Program-made: the position numbers and the translations under genes
Source of the DNA: the human T2T-CHM13v2.0 reference genome, Homo sapiens
Direction: 5' to 3'
Length of the DNA stretch: 64,000 bases
Assembly (NCBI GenBank): GCA_009914755.4
Contig: CP068257.2
Span: 24,320,001-24,384,000, forward strand
Notes under the pieces: generated by a model
Told to the model about the DNA's origin: nothing
Databases searched by the model: none
What the model saw: only the letters and a program-made list of their open reading frames with translations
Part shown: piece after piece, positions 43,566 to 61,829 of the stretch
How the letters are laid out: each line of letters starts with the position of its first letter
Position numbering within the stretch: position 1 is the stretch's first letter

Positions 43566-45477
43566 AATGATAATATAGGAATATTGATTTTTCAGTTTGC
43601 CTAAGAGTTCTAACCTTGTCTCTTTACTTGACTCAGAGATTGGAAGATTTGGAAATCTCAGTTTGAGAAAATTTCCTTTACATCCCTCTCTAGCAATGGG
43701 ATATTAGTAAGAGATCTAACCAATCAAGATGCTCACCAAGTAGAAGAGTTTTAGAGCACTGAGACCTGAAACACATCTTCAATAAGCCGCATCTAGTTTC
43801 ATGGAAGATAAAAATATCTCAAGAGAGAGTTCAAATGCTTATGTTTACATTTTCTATTTTTCTCAATAGCATAATTTCTTCCTTCCTAATCTACTGAAAC
43901 TTCTAAAAACATCAGCAAAAAACCTGTTTCACATTAATTACTATTATCACTCAGTGGAAATTTATAAATCAGCCACTAAATGTAGAGGATGCAAAATTAG
44001 ACCTTATATAACTAAACCCAAATAAGATTCCTGTGAAAATTAAAACCGTATCTTCAAAATGTATACTATATGTAATTATTATGTCAATTAAAAATAAAGT
44101 TGAAAAGAAAACAAATTTAAGAAAAAACAAAAAACTCTTCATCTGCCTTCTTTGTTCTCTTCTCAAAATGTAAAATACTGAGAAAACTAACATTTTGAAA
44201 TCATTTTTGAAATCAAACTTATTTTTTGATTTCCAATCCACCTTTCTGTTCAAAGTAAATATCAGAGATAATAATGGAGAAAATTTGTTCAGAAAAATAA
44301 AAGCAAGAATATTTCCTAAAGAGAAATGTTAGAAACATAGGCAAAGACTTACATGGCTATCTAAGGAACCACAATCCTTTATTGATGTTGAATTTCTTAC
44401 ACTTTCAAGATCACAAATAGCTTTTCTGATATTCACTTATCTGAATTCTGCTGGCAAGGAAGCATTATGCCTTCTTTTGTAACAACTCTGCTCACTCTTC
44501 AAGACAAAATGCCATTTACTACACTGAAATGCTGGTGTATACGAAACACAAAGCAAAATCATGTGCTTCTAATAAAACTCCACGCATTTTATCTTTGTAA
44601 GGTAGGCCCTTGCTGAGATTTGTGCTCGTGTCAACGCTACATTCCATTTTCTAAAAATCAGTATAACACAAAATAATACAGAATCTAAGCCAGAGCTCCC
44701 TGGATTATACAAAATGATTATGCAATTCATTGTTCAAAAAATAATGCTCAACCACAAAAAATTAGTTCTGAATAGATATTTCAAATTGGAGTGAAATTCT
44801 TTGTGGACAACCAAGGTTAGAAAGCTGATTTTACATATTTTAATAAATTTAGAATGAACACAGTTGTGAAACTGGCAACCAGAATGGGGAGAAAATCTCC
44901 ACTTTCAAATGTACGATAATTATAATGCCTTCTTATGAAGCAAAGTTAACAGATTAGCAAATAATTCGCTGTAAATAAAGTGGTAAATAAAGAATAAAGC
45001 TGGTTTTAGAATAAAGCAAAGCTGGTTATTATTATTTCATTTTTAATCATTGAATTTCAAGTATTCTCAGCCTACTGGAATGTATGTGAAATAAAACTAT
45101 ATTCCATGTGATGTATAAATTTTAAATTTACAAATTTTGGGAAAGCAGTCACAATCAAACTAGTCATTTAGAGAGAGCTAGGAACTATATTTTCTGAACT
45201 TTTTTTTAAAAGGCAACATTTTATAGCATTATTTTCTCCATACTCTACAAGAATATCTACTTAAACTTCACATAATACAACTATTTCTCCTTTCTGACAG
45301 AAATTCCCTATCTTGAACTCTTTTTCTCCAATTTTAAGTAGAGTAAAAAGGGCAAATGTAAGACAAATATAATTTATTTTTGTAATAAGTTACTTCCTTA
45401 ATGTAACAGTGGAATAAAATGAAAACGACATAAATATTAAAATCCACTAAGTATACAAAACTTCAATATTTCAAATA

Positions 45478-45660
45478 AACGTTATAATTTATAAATATAA
45501 TTATAATATATTAGATTATAATATATTATATAAAAACTTTATAATTTATAAATATAATTTATGTATTATATTTATAAATTATATATTATATACTATATAT
45601 TACAATATATAATTATATAATACAATATACAATTTATATACATTTTATATAAATGTTTAC
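45478..45660. repeat. AT-rich low-complexity simple repeat, built from TA, ATAATT and TATAAA units.
   Basis: It reads gttataatttataaatataattataatatattagattataatatattatataaaaactttataatttataaatataatttatgtattatatttataaattatatattatatac... Confidence 0.9.
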
Positions 45661-47563
45661 ATAATACATATATCTGTCTGAGCTCAATGTAGTTCATAAC
45701 AACTTTATTTTTTTAGCCTAAGTTATTGCTGTAATTCTAAGTATTACTACGTGGTGACATTTCATGAGCCTAAGTTATTAAAATCAAACTTGTATTCTGT
45801 TGAAAAATAAGCAGACAATATTTGCATTTGATTCTACTGATGAAAAAATTTTAAAAGCCAACACAATAGAAAACTGGTTATTTTTTAAGAACGTGATTTT
45901 CCCAATTCTGGAACCATGTACTTTTAATAGAAAAGAACATTTTTCAAGTGCTTGTACGTAGTGGCAAGCAGTCGTCAAAAAACATGTTTAGAAAATTACT
46001 CTAATAAGGCAATAAATTATCAAATATTTATGACCTAGTAATCATATTTTACTAAATAGAAGCATGTAAAATTAGGCAAGCAAGCTTGAACTGAAGTCTT
46101 ATGACAAATCTCACTTAAGCTCCAAATATGGATTGAAATACAAACAAAGATGATGCAAACAGCTGTGCATGCTAATGAAAGCACTGCTTCAGTACAAGAG
46201 GATGGGTGCTAATTTGTCACGGAAGTAACTAGAAGATATCCGCAGTTGGCTAGCCTTTTTACTGAATTGCGTTAATTCTCTCAGGCTAGCCAATACATCT
46301 GTCATTCTAATTATACCTGACCCAATTCTCATCTCTCCATGATGAAAGATTGTTTATAAAATGCCACCTGAAGGAGATTTACTTGTAAAGTATTTAGACT
46401 AATCAGGACTCCCGTGACGGTGTTAGGGAACACTCACAAAAGGGTACCACTGTGGTTTTTCCTCAACCTTTGTTTCCTGTTTGTTATGGGAATAAACTTG
46501 CTCTTCACTGAGCTGCGTGGTTAGCGTGCAACAGGCTATTAACAAGAAGCTCAAAACTCGGGATATCATGTCCTGTATTGGAAAATAAGGGGAAGTGCTT
46601 TTTCTTACTGAATGAGAGACAGGAGTATGCTGGGAAACTGGCACTGTCTAGAAAAACAAACAAATAGAACACTCTTGAGTTACAGTGTATGCCAACTGCC
46701 ATGGTATAAATACTCCCACCATTGGTATTTCAAGCTACTAATGGCTATGGCTTACAAAATTCCTCTATACTGTAATAATTAGCTTTTACAGGCTAGCAGG
46801 AGTTGGCTACACTACCATGTTAATGACAGGAAATAGGGGCACAAGTGAACACATGTAGGGAGACTGTAAGAGTTTTTCGGTTTCCTTGGTCTTGAGGTGT
46901 GAATTTAAGGAAAGAAAAGCTCAGTAGGTAGATGTCTCAGGATTGCCTCATACTTGTTGGTATCTGTAATATACCAAGAACAATAACACCAAAGGTAAGA
47001 ATGGTTTTCCTTTTCAGTTTCTTACTTCCTGTCTCAATGCTGCAAATCTGCACCATATGGAAGGCAGGAGACGCTACTAGAGTCTACTACTCAAAATAGA
47101 TCCATGGACCAGCAGAGTCAACACCACCTGGGACTCAGGCCCCCCATACAGACTCAACAACGATTGTTTTCCAAGGGCCTTGGATAACTCGAATGGATAT
47201 CTCAGTTTGAGAAGCAGCATGATCAACCTTATCTTTTAAATGCAATAGATATGTCAAAACGTGAGACATAAGATTTAATCATTTTCCAAAAGAAGTAGTT
47301 AGGGAAGAATTAGTAAAAGTTGCATAGGTTTTGGCTTATTAAAAGAAGTACACATATATTTGGGAAAAGACAGATACAACAAAATTAGTAGTCTTAAGAT
47401 TCAAATATACAGCTCAACAACTTAATTTGAACAGATTGAACAGATTGTCTATACACATTTATTTTACTCTGAAGTTCTGTCCTATCTCAAGCAACATTAA
47501 AACAGCTTCGATACCTCTGCCTTAGATCCAGTACCAAGATCATAATTTTCTTACTCATATTAA

Positions 47564-48025
<462 letters not shown>

Positions 48026-48656
48026 AGAATGTACTTCCTTATACCACTTCTCTGTAAAGAAAGAATTAGATGATATTTCTGTTCCGGTTTAAAAAAAAAA
48101 AAAGAAAAAAAGAATGCCTCTAGATGTAGGTCATGGGTTGGAAGGATGGTCCTACTGTTTCATGTCCTTTTCTGGGGAAGACTGAGCATGTACACCTCTC
48201 CATGTTAACTGGCTTCTTGTCACAATCTCTAGCAGGCAAAGAACCTACAGATTCCAGCTGGGAACAGCAGTGTCTCTGGTTACAGCACAGATGCTAATCA
48301 CCATTTGCTATTTTATAACAGTGGACAAGGGGAGAGTGAATTCCTTTTGAACAAAAAAAAAAAAAAACAAAACAAAACTAGGAAAGCAGTTTACCTCCAT
48401 ATCTCACTGTCTACATGGCAAATATGCATACGCAATGTTTCAAGTCAACATTTTATGTTGTTTTCTGTTTCTAAATAAAGCTACTAGACTACATTACACA
48501 TTTTATCAAATACTTGCTTTTACCTTACTAAATGTGTATTTATCATATTTGCTTTGGCATATTTTTGTTTATTTTACTTTTTCTTATACAATAAAAAATG
48601 TTCACTGGTTATCTACAATGTGCATAGCAGTGATACAGAAGTTAGAGCTTACATTA

Positions 48657-49794
<1,138 letters not shown>

Positions 49795-50156
49795 TGATGC
49801 ATTTTAGTAACTTTGCCCACCAAGACTACTGGGCAGCAGTCACCAGCACTTCAGAAATCCTGGGTAACAAATGCTAGTAAATTTCCAGAACAGATGCAAT
49901 CATAAGAATTGGCAAGCAAGACTTTTCTTTGCTCCTATCATGAAACATCAAGAACCTAAAGTCACGTGCAAGCAACATAAAATTGCCATCCATATTCTGT
50001 GATACTTGCATATTCTGTCTAGAAATTATACCCAATAAGAACATATATAAATTTAAGAAAGAGGCAACCCTACTCTCATAGTTAAAACACCTGAACAGTC
50101 TTACCATTATTATCAACTAAATATAGCGTAACCTTTAACATTTCCTCTGCCTTAAT

Positions 50157-50444
50157 CTTTTTTTTTTTTGGACAGGGTCTCACTGTCACCAAGGCTGGAG
50201 TGTGGTGGTGTGATCACGGCTCACTGCAGGCTTGACCTCCTCACCTGGGCTCCAGCGACCCTCCCACCTCAGCCTCCTGAGTAGCTGGGACTATAAGCCT
50301 GTGACACTACAGCCAAAACAACAATTTTTTTTTTTGGTCTCCCTATGGGGCCCAGGCTGCTTGCAAACTCCTGGGCTCAGGCGATCATCCTGCCTCAGCT
50401 TCCCAAAGTGCTGGGATAACAGGTGTGAGATACCATGCCTGGCC
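50157..50444 (-). mobile_element. Older Alu (AluJ-like), reverse-complement orientation.
   Basis: It reads ttttttttttttggacagggtctcactgtcaccaaggctggagtgtggtggtgtgatcacggctcactgcaggc...gctgggataacaggtgtgagataccatgcctggcc. Confidence 0.85.
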
Positions 50445-50825
50445 TGTAAACACTTTTTTTTTTTTAACACTGTAAAAGTCTCAATGTTTACAATTTGGGC
50501 TGCTGTCTTGAAAATTAAGGGATTCTCTTGAGCATCATTTTTATATGAGATTCATTCATTCTTGCCTCCCCTTGACTTTTTACTCTTCTACTAACAGAAT
50601 CACAAAAAGTCAGGCATATTGGAAGAGGTGGTTGGAAACCAAAGATGAATTTTCAGGAGGGCAAAATGGTTAAAGGCTGAGAGAAGCAGCTGGTTAGGCT
50701 GTAAGCCACTCTGCTTTTGGAAACTCATTGTTCTGCAAGGGAACTAAAGATCTCCATTCAAATCCACAGCTTTGTAACCTGCTCAAGGAATCTGACTGTA
50801 CTTAATCAGACCTATGGCTTGGCTA

Positions 50826-51588
<763 letters not shown>

Positions 51589-54133
51589 TTATTGTGCCTG
51601 AGGCATCTGCACACTTTTTTTTTTTTTAAAGCAACTGATTTGGGGAAAATATGAGAAAGACTAATATTCTTTAAAAATCTAGTTTCTGGCCTTTAATTAA
51701 ATTGGACTAAAATTTTATTTTTAATAAATCTAGATATAATTGTATTAAAATGCCTTTCACTGATTACTTCTGCTATTCTATTTTTTTTTAATTGGTAAAG
51801 CCAGGTTCTCACTATGTTGCCCAGGCTGGTGTCAAATGTGTATCTTTGTGAATATACTAAACCACTGAATTCTCTCTCACACACACTTCTATATGGCTCT
51901 ATTCCCTAGTCTCATCACATTTTAAGCAACCTAATTATCTGAGTGGGCTTTCTAGATTGAGACCATTAAACTACACGGAAAGATGCTTGTCCATGTCCTG
52001 CTTCACTCTGCCTCTATCAAAGTGTGTATCAAACACCTCGGAATCAATGGCTGCCATGACATGGGGCACAAAATAACAGGCTGTTACCTGTCACATCTAT
52101 GGTCAGTGCTGACACTAGTTCTCTTGACATCATTAGCAAGCATGCTACAACCCGGGCGAAGAGTAGAAGTGCATCCTCTCCATCTTCAAAACACAAAGGT
52201 AAAGGCCTGAGGCTTGCTCTATAAGGAGGAGCCATTACCCTTTTGCCCTGTTCCCAAATACTCCCTGGAGCTTTAGTTTCATTTTTGTACAGCATGCTAC
52301 TACTGAGGCCTCCAACTGAAGTATGTGAGTTCATGTTCGGGTTCACAGCAAGTTAAGTTCACAGTTTACCCCAAGCTTTGTGGAGAGTTAAATATTAATC
52401 ATAAGTAAAAATCCCGTTAGTGAATTATAGGATACCTTGTAAGTGTCATGTCCATTACAAACAAGTAACAACAGAGGCATGAGAATTAAGCTAAGCTTTG
52501 TTTCTTCTCCCCTTGAGATCAATACAAGCTACTCTGATTTACTTCAAGTATGTATTGCATTCATTCTATTTGGTGCTCTATCACCCAGTAAATCCCTATT
52601 CTTCCTTTATAATTACTGATACGCCAACTTCTCTGCAACATAGTAGGTGAAAACTTTTGTTCCGGGCTGAGCACTTTCTCTTCTCCATGCTGCCAAAATT
52701 CCTTCCTAGGCAGGCCTGAGAGACTCATCCCTCTCAAGGACAATGCAGATATGGCTAGAAGCAACCTGAGCAAGCCACTTTGTTCCTATCTCTGTGCCCC
52801 CAGCAACCAATGCCATGTCTGGTACCTACAAGTGCCTTGTGGATATTGGTGAAATGTATAGCAATAAATCAAATGGTACTTCTCCCAGATTAATTGTCAC
52901 CAGAAGAAGAAAAATAATTTAATTCTGCCAAGGTCAATCACTTAGCCCAATATAAGCAATATTCGGATCAAACCTTTTAGCTTTTATCATCACATGAGAC
53001 GGTGAAAGAGCCATCTGTATCAGTGTCTCTATCTGTTCACTTAACAGAAGAACTCCCACAAGGCTTAAAATACCTGCAAGAAATAAAACTCTATCTTGAA
53101 ATGCAGTGGCATCTAATACTATCTTATCCAATTTTCAGCTGGATTTAAAATTTAAGTGCAGATATTTCAATATACAGTGTATATTCACACAAAAAAAATT
53201 TAAGCAAGAAATGTTTCTTTTAATCATAACATAATGTTCTCTCTAAATATCAGCTTTATTATACCAATAGATATGGATAGGTTACATTTATGCCTTTTAT
53301 AATTAAAAGTCAACTTATTGGTTTACCTTTAACATTCCTCATTAGTAGTAAACATTAGTTTGCTAATGTTTCAAATGCAATGGAGGATTGGAATGATGAT
53401 TATAACCATAACTAAGAGAGCAACTAAGGTTAATTGAGCAGTTACTGTATACCAGGAATTATGCAAAGTGTTTCCTATAAATTAATTAATTTAATCCTCA
53501 CAAAATAGTTAAATATTGGATAGGTCTTATTAATCCCTATTTTACAAAAAGAAGCAATGAGGATTCAAGGTTATTTGATTTATACAAATTTACACAGTTA
53601 GTAGCTTGTAAGGCAAAGATTTGAATCTGGACAGCTTGAGTTTGTAAATTGAACACTTACTGGGCATGATGGTAAGCGTTTAACATAAGTTACCTAAAGT
53701 CATTCTTACAAGAAACATGCAAGATAACATTACCATCTACACTACACACATAAAAAACAGGTTACTTAACTGGCCCAAGGTCATAAAAATTCTCTCAAAC
53801 ACTATACTAGTCTATCTCTAACCAAAAAAAAACAAACCCTACCTCAAAAGAAATCAACTTGATATGGCAGTATGTGAAATAGAAAGAACTTCACAGTCAC
53901 CGTCTTATAGTGAGAATCAGGGGTTAGCAAATGTTTACTGAAAAGGCCAGATAGTAAATGTTTTCAGTTTTGCAGGCAACACAATCTCTTTTGCGATCCT
54001 CAACTCTACTTCCAAAACATGAAAACATCCATAGACAATTTTTAAACAAATGGGATGGGCTGTGTCCTAATAAAACTTTTGTGTAGAAAACAGGAAAACA
54101 GGCTATTTTTGGCCCCAATTTGCTGACCCTTGA

Positions 54134-54466
<333 letters not shown>

Positions 54467-54695
54467 TGATCACTTCAAGTAAAAATTCTAAAAATTCAGA
54501 AATGCACAGTGTAAAATAATAGATGAATATATGCCTATATCAAAGGTATATGCATTTACAAGGGAACACAGGTTGAAATGAATTTGTGTGTATTTATAAA
54601 GAAAATAAAAAGTGTAATTTTGACATGAGTGTAGCAGAAATATCCTGGCCTATCTAGGTCCAAATTCTGATTTCATCACTTAACCAGTTATGTGA

Positions 54696-55013
<318 letters not shown>

Positions 55014-55028
55014 TAAAAAAATTTTTTT

Positions 55029-55432
<404 letters not shown>

Positions 55433-55454
55433 TTAAAGCACAAGAGGCCTGTTT

Positions 55455-55550
55455 TCCCGGCTACTTGGGAGGCTGAGGTTTGAACTCAGGAGTTTGAATC
55501 CAGCCTAGGAAACATAGCAAAATCCCGTGTCAAAAAAAAAAAAAAAAAAA
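55455..55550 (+). mobile_element. Short Alu-derived fragment (about 95 bp, FLAM/FRAM-like) with an A21 tail.
   Basis: It reads cccggctacttgggaggctgaggtttgaactcaggagtttgaatccagcctaggaaacatagcaaaatcccgtgtc(a)n. Confidence 0.65.
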
Positions 55551-58500
55551 AATTAAATTACATTAAAGGGCAAGAGTGGTGACCGTGAAAATCTATATCT
55601 GCAACAAAGGCTTCAAAAATCTGCCAGTCTCCCAGGAGGTAAAATGCTGTCTGCTCTGCCCCAACGATGCCTTCCACAGTAGCAAAGAGCCTAGCCATCA
55701 GCAGGGGTACAACGAATAGTTGCTGAATAAATGAACATAAGGAAGAAATGTCCAGTTCCTCTGGACAGGCACAATTGGCTAGATTAAATAAAAGATTATG
55801 CCATTTATTACAATACCCATTTCAATCAGAATTTAGAATTTATGGCTCAATCAAAACTACCCTGATATCTCTGGTTTCTGAAGTACAATCCCTTCTTGAA
55901 GAACAGAAAATTAGGAGCAAGTATCTAAATACACCACTGTTGTACTCAAATCGGTAATGGCTTATTCCACTAGACCAATAACCAATAATATCCAAGTATT
56001 TTTTTAACAACCAAAGACGACAATAAGCCCCCAAAACCAGATAGATCTTGCAATCGTGTGCTCACTTTTATTTTTATTTTTTTGAGACAGGGTCCCACTC
56101 TGTTGCCCAGGCTGGAGTGCAGCGGATGTGCTTACTTTTAAACAATAATTTTATTCTACTGGAATCAGTGACAGAGAACAGACATCTTCTCATTTGGGTA
56201 TCATCGATTCTAACACAATATGGCAGAGAAGATTATGACTACGCTAAAAGTGTCTTATTTTTCTTCCCTCCATTTCTTTCCGGTTTTAACGGGTTATGAA
56301 ATTATTGAGTTTTTTATGAAGCACATTAAGGACTGGTATCAGTAGCAATATGTTGGTAATGATGACAATTTTCTTAGAAAGGATGGCTGTAAATCACATT
56401 TTGTTCCAGGTACTGAAACACTAACACTGAAAACAAGATTGTAAGCCTCCCTGCAGTATCTCATCTTTGCAAGTCACTTCTAATTTTTATGTTGAACACA
56501 GAAGCAACCTACTTGTAATTAGAGTTTTACAAAATGAGTAATCACCTATGGCGTTGCCATTGCTCTCAATTAGGGAAGAACCACAAGTCACCTTTTGTAA
56601 CAGTGAGGAGGAGGAAAAGGACTCTTTGCAGCTGACCCCTTTAACGTTACCCTCTAAAACATCTACTTCTTTACTGGAATTAGCTACAAGCACAAAAAAA
56701 TTATCTCGCATGGGCACAACTGACCATAACATGTTTCTGTTAGGCCCCCTTTCCCAGGAAGACTTGCCTCAATTAGAGCTTTTGTTCAGGAGTTTGAGGT
56801 GGAATGAATGGACCTGCATTAAAGATTCCTCTATTTCTGGGGCATTAACAGTTGCTATCTCTCAATGACCAGGTATCTTGCTTTCAGAAGGTTGCTTTTG
56901 TTGCTCTTCTTGCCAACAAAATTATTAACTTGTTATTTTTTAAGGTTCATTTCTTTTTTGCCTTTAGCCTGGAGTGTTTTGTTTATGAAATTCTTTTAAC
57001 TGCCTTCGTCTTTCTACAGGAAATAAAACAATACAACATCTCTGTGTTCCGTCTTAATATCAAATAATGCTACCTGCAAAACTCAAGCAAAAAGAACTGG
57101 ACTAATGCAGACGATAATGAGACCAATTTATCTCAAGCAAATTGTCTTGTTCTAGAATATGGGCCTAAGTTTATGTGGCATCCTCTCATTGTACTGCATA
57201 ACTGATGTCACTCCTTGTTCACCTGTTACCTCAACAGTACTAGCATCAAAACAAAATCTCTTTATTGTCTCCTGGAAAAATCTGCAGCGCACAGTAGCTT
57301 CTGAATTAATATTTGTTAATTAATCACCTGCAGTTAATGCCCATCTTTGCCAGCCTGGCATTGAAGGTCTCTATATTTTGGTCCCAACCTAAAAGACATC
57401 TGCTCTAGCTTAAATTGGACCAATCCTGTCTCCTAAATATGCCTTTCCATGGCACCACATTTGTTTTGCTAGTCCTGATGACTCTACAGCAAAATCCACT
57501 GGTAGACACACCACCCACCCACACTTTTGGCTCTAGTTCAAATGTCATGCTCTCCATGGAACCTTCTCTGATCAATCCAGAAGTTCCCTCTTACTCTCGG
57601 AGGCAGGTTCTGTGTTCACATTTCTTACAACACAGATGGCTTTGTACTTCTTTGACTTCTATTTCCTAAGAGATTTTAACATCCACTAGGGTTAGCTGGT
57701 CTGTGTGTGCTCATCATCCATTCCACATGGCCTAGCAAAATGGCTTGTACCAAGCAGGTGCTCAAAATCTAATGTTCAGTAAATGGACACTAACTGTTCT
57801 ATAAACAGCCAGCTTGATGGAGATCACAAGGACTTCAGTCCCACTGCAGGCTGCTAGCTGCTGTAATTTGTATTCACACTTCATTTAGGTTTCGAGAAGA
57901 GAAGCCCTGAAAAGCTGTCCTTCCCTGCTACAGGCATCAGGCTAACAAGTTCATTTGACCAGATCTGCCATAGTTGGTCCTAACAGGTGTATGAAAAACA
58001 CCCTGAGAAAGGATGTTTGAGTATTTGAAAAATGGTGGTTTAAACAAAATGCGCATTTACTAGCACATTTACTTATGTGCTAAAGTGAGTAAGAAACTGT
58101 CATTAAGTAGGGAATGATAAACTTAATCCATCTTGCACTCTGTTCTTTTTTTTCAAAGAACATGTAAAACTTTCAATAAATTTTAAGCTAACGCTGAGTG
58201 TTTAATTCAGAATAATCTCAATTTTAAAAGCTCAAGTTAAAGAAATGTAGAACCTCAAAAATACTGTGTTAAGTGAAAGAAGTCGGACACAAAAGACCAT
58301 GTATTATATGATCCCACTTACAATAACAGTCCAAAAAAGGGCAAATCTATAGAGACAGAAAGTAGATTAGTTGTTGCTTGGGGCTAGAGGTGAGTAGAGG
58401 GCTTAACTGGGAGTGAGTATGTGTGATCTTACTGGAGTGACGAAAATGTTCTAAGATTAGATTATGGTGATAGTTGCACAGCTTGGCAAATTTCTTAAAG

Positions 58501-59133
58501 CCGCTGAATTGTATACTTAAAAGCAAATGAAACTTATATGTAAATTACACCTTAATAAGGTAAAAAATGCAACAAAGGGAAGAAAATACTATAGTGACAA
58601 CTATGAATATAGTTGAGGGAGACAAAATAGCCCATGTTAAGCTCTAATAGAACAATAAATCTGAAATCATTAAACTTTAGCAAAAAGTGAGAGAAAGCCA
58701 CTTTTTGTAAATGCTGTAACATTTGTGGTTGACCTTTATAAGTATTTGCAGTACATTAAAATTCAGTAAGTACATATTCATTCAATCTAGCTCTAGAAGC
58801 ATCTTTTACTATCTGCCAAGCAGATGGCAGATATGAAATGCAGAACTCTTTAAGGAACAAATGCATACTCTTTAAGGAACTCAATCCAACAGTTTACTCG
58901 TTTCTGTAACATTTGGTCATTTAATATCAACTGAATGTTTGTTTTTATTTCATGGAGACAAGTATGACCTTTAGTTCTTTTAGTTCACAATATTTGCAAC
59001 ACAAACATTAATTCAATAGAGAAAGTCTAAGACATTAATACTATATTTACTTCTTGAAGAAAGCACTGCCGTACTTCCCAATAAAACAATGTAAACTCAA
59101 CATAAATCACCTCTGTTAAAATTCATAGCATAA

Positions 59134-59503
<370 letters not shown>

Positions 59504-59899
59504 TAAGATTTATCGAAACTACAAGCCAGGCACTCTGTGCAATACTGAATAAAATCAAGTCCTTACCCTCAAGGAGCTCATCGTCTAGGTGGTAACAGAC
59601 AATATTATATAACAAACACTCACTGCCAAAGGAATACCAAGGAGTCACCTAACTCAGTGTTTGTCAAATTAGATGACTACCTGGTTGGGCGGAGTCTTGT
59701 AGAATTAACTTGGGATTTGCCAAGCAGCATATACAAGGTACAAAACAAACTGTATAATAAAGATTTCACATTATTTGAAATTGTTTGCTTGTTAAACCAA
59801 AAAAATTTCACAAGCATAAGAAGCCTTTTGGAAAAAAAAACATGTTTTTGATTGGGGAAGGCAGTGGTGCTAGGGTGGATATTTCCAACTCTGGTATTA

Positions 59900-60187
<288 letters not shown>

Positions 60188-60944
60188 TTAAACACATTTC
60201 AGGGAAGGAAAAGAAAAGTCGTCCATATGGAATTTTGGCAATTTGAGAAGAAACACACCCAAAACTTCAATTCAGCAGGTCTAAGTATAAATCCCAGCTC
60301 AGTGGGTCTGCAAAAATTTTTATCCTTGGGGACAGTTCTTAGTTTCTGCAGTTGCTAAAAGGGGATGCCATGAGTCTAACCACAGGACATTCTGGAAAAG
60401 GGAAAATTACGGAGACAATAAAAAGATCAGCGGTTGCCAGTGGTTCAGGGGGAGTGGGGAAGGGATGAATAGGTGGAGTAGAGAGGATTTTTAGAAACTA
60501 CTCTGCACGATACTGTCATAAGTAATAATAGATACACAGCATTAAGCATTTGTCAAAACCAAGAGACTATACTACACAAAAAGTCGCCTCTCATGTTAAA
60601 ACAGGAATACTGGTTAATAATAGTGTATCGATATTGGTTCAAACGTACCATACTAAGGCAAAATGTTAATCCAGGGGAAACTGTTGGGGAGTGGGGAAGT
60701 GAGAGGTAGAGGGAACTTTTTGTAGTTTCTGCTTGAATTCTTTGTAAACCTAAAACTGCTCTGAAAAATGTAGTCCATTATAAAAAGTGGGGTGGTGGAT
60801 ATCAAAACTGAGTTTGCCGTATTATGGGAATTACTTCTCATAGTGCACATACAAGAGCCGCAACGCATTGCACGGTAGCGGATACTCAGTATATGCTGGT
60901 GGAAATTGGTTTAAAAACTGCAACTGAGAGCTTAAACTGGACAC

Positions 60945-61232
60945 ACAGGTGGAAGATGAAGCTGACTTAAGTAAACCTGCAATGCCCTGTGGTCAGGGAT
61001 GCCTGCTGGAACTCACACAGGTGGAAGATGAAACTGACTTAAGTAAACCTGCAATGCCCTGTGGTCAGGGATGCCTGCTGGAACTCACACAGGTGGAAGA
61101 TGAAACTGACTTAAGTAAACCTGCAATGCCCTGTGGTCAGGGATGCCTGCTGGAACTCACACAGGTGGAAGATGAAACTGACTTAAGTAAATCTGCAATG
61201 CCCTGTGGTCAGGGATGCCTGCTGGAACTATT
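60945..61232. repeat. Minisatellite with a 72-bp unit, present in about 4 copies, in APP intron 5 about 800 bp upstream of exon 6.
   Basis: The unit gtggaagatgaa(a/g)ctgacttaagtaaa(c/t)ctgcaatgccctgtggtcagggatgcctgctggaactcacacag starts at 60949, 61021, 61093 and 61165. It creates the artifactual periodic plus-strand ORF 60949-61257. Confidence 0.95.
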
Positions 61233-61364
61233 TAGTTGCGTACCCTATGGTTACTAACTGCTTATGTTTTGTAGAAAACCAAATATTTCAGTGGTTCTCA
61301 AATTTCAGTGAGCATCAGAATCACCTGGAAGGCTTATTGAAACACAGATCACCTACCTGCTAAA

Positions 61365-61666
61365 TGTGGTGGCTCATGCCTGTAATCCCAGCACTGTGGA
61401 AGGCTGAGGTGGGAAAAAACCTAGAGGCCAGGAGTTTGAGACCAGCCTGGGCCACACGGTGAGACCCTGTCTCCAAAAAAATTAAAAAAAAAAAAAAAAA
61501 AAAGCCAGGCATGGTGGTGTGCACCTGTAGTTCCAGCTACTCAGAAGGCTGGGGCGGGAGGATTGCTTGAGCCCAGGAGTTCGAGGCTGCTGTGAGCTAT
61601 GACTGCATCACTGCATTCCAGCTAGGGAGACAAAGACACTGCCTCCTTAAAAACAAACAAAAACCA
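61365..61666 (+). mobile_element. Older Alu with a degenerate 5' end, a mid A-run and then the right arm.
   Basis: It reads tgtggtggctcatgcctgtaatcccagcactgtggaaggctgagg...ccctgtctccaaaaaaattaaa(a)n, then gccaggcatggtggtgtgcacctgtagttccagctactcagaaggctggggcgggaggattgcttgagcccaggagttcgaggctgctgtgagctatgactgcatcactgcattccagc. Confidence 0.85.
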
Positions 61667-61829
61667 GCCAGGCATGGTGGTGTGCACCTGTAGTTCCAGC
61701 TACTCAGAAGGCTGGGGCGGGAGGATTGCTTGAGCCCAGGAGTTCGAGGCTGCTGTGAGCTATGACTGCATCACTGCATTCCAGCCAGGGAGACAAAGAC
61801 ACTGTCTCCTTAAAAACAAACAAAAACCA
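61667..61829 (+). repeat. Tandem duplicate (163 bp, about 98% identical) of the preceding Alu right arm. The whole structure sits between direct repeats aacacagatcacc.
   Basis: The second gccaggcatggtggtgtgcacctgtagttccagctactcagaaggctggggcgggagg begins exactly 163 bp after the first. The direct repeat aacacagatcacc lies at 61342-61354 and 61829-61841. Confidence 0.9.

Noticed and set aside
60949-61257. A 102-aa plus-strand ORF with an internally repeated peptide (VEDETDLSKPAMPCGQGCLLELTQ)x4 that looks like a repeat protein.
   Set aside because: It is the 72-bp minisatellite read in one frame. It lies in an APP intron on the opposite strand, with no start or stop context beyond the repeat.
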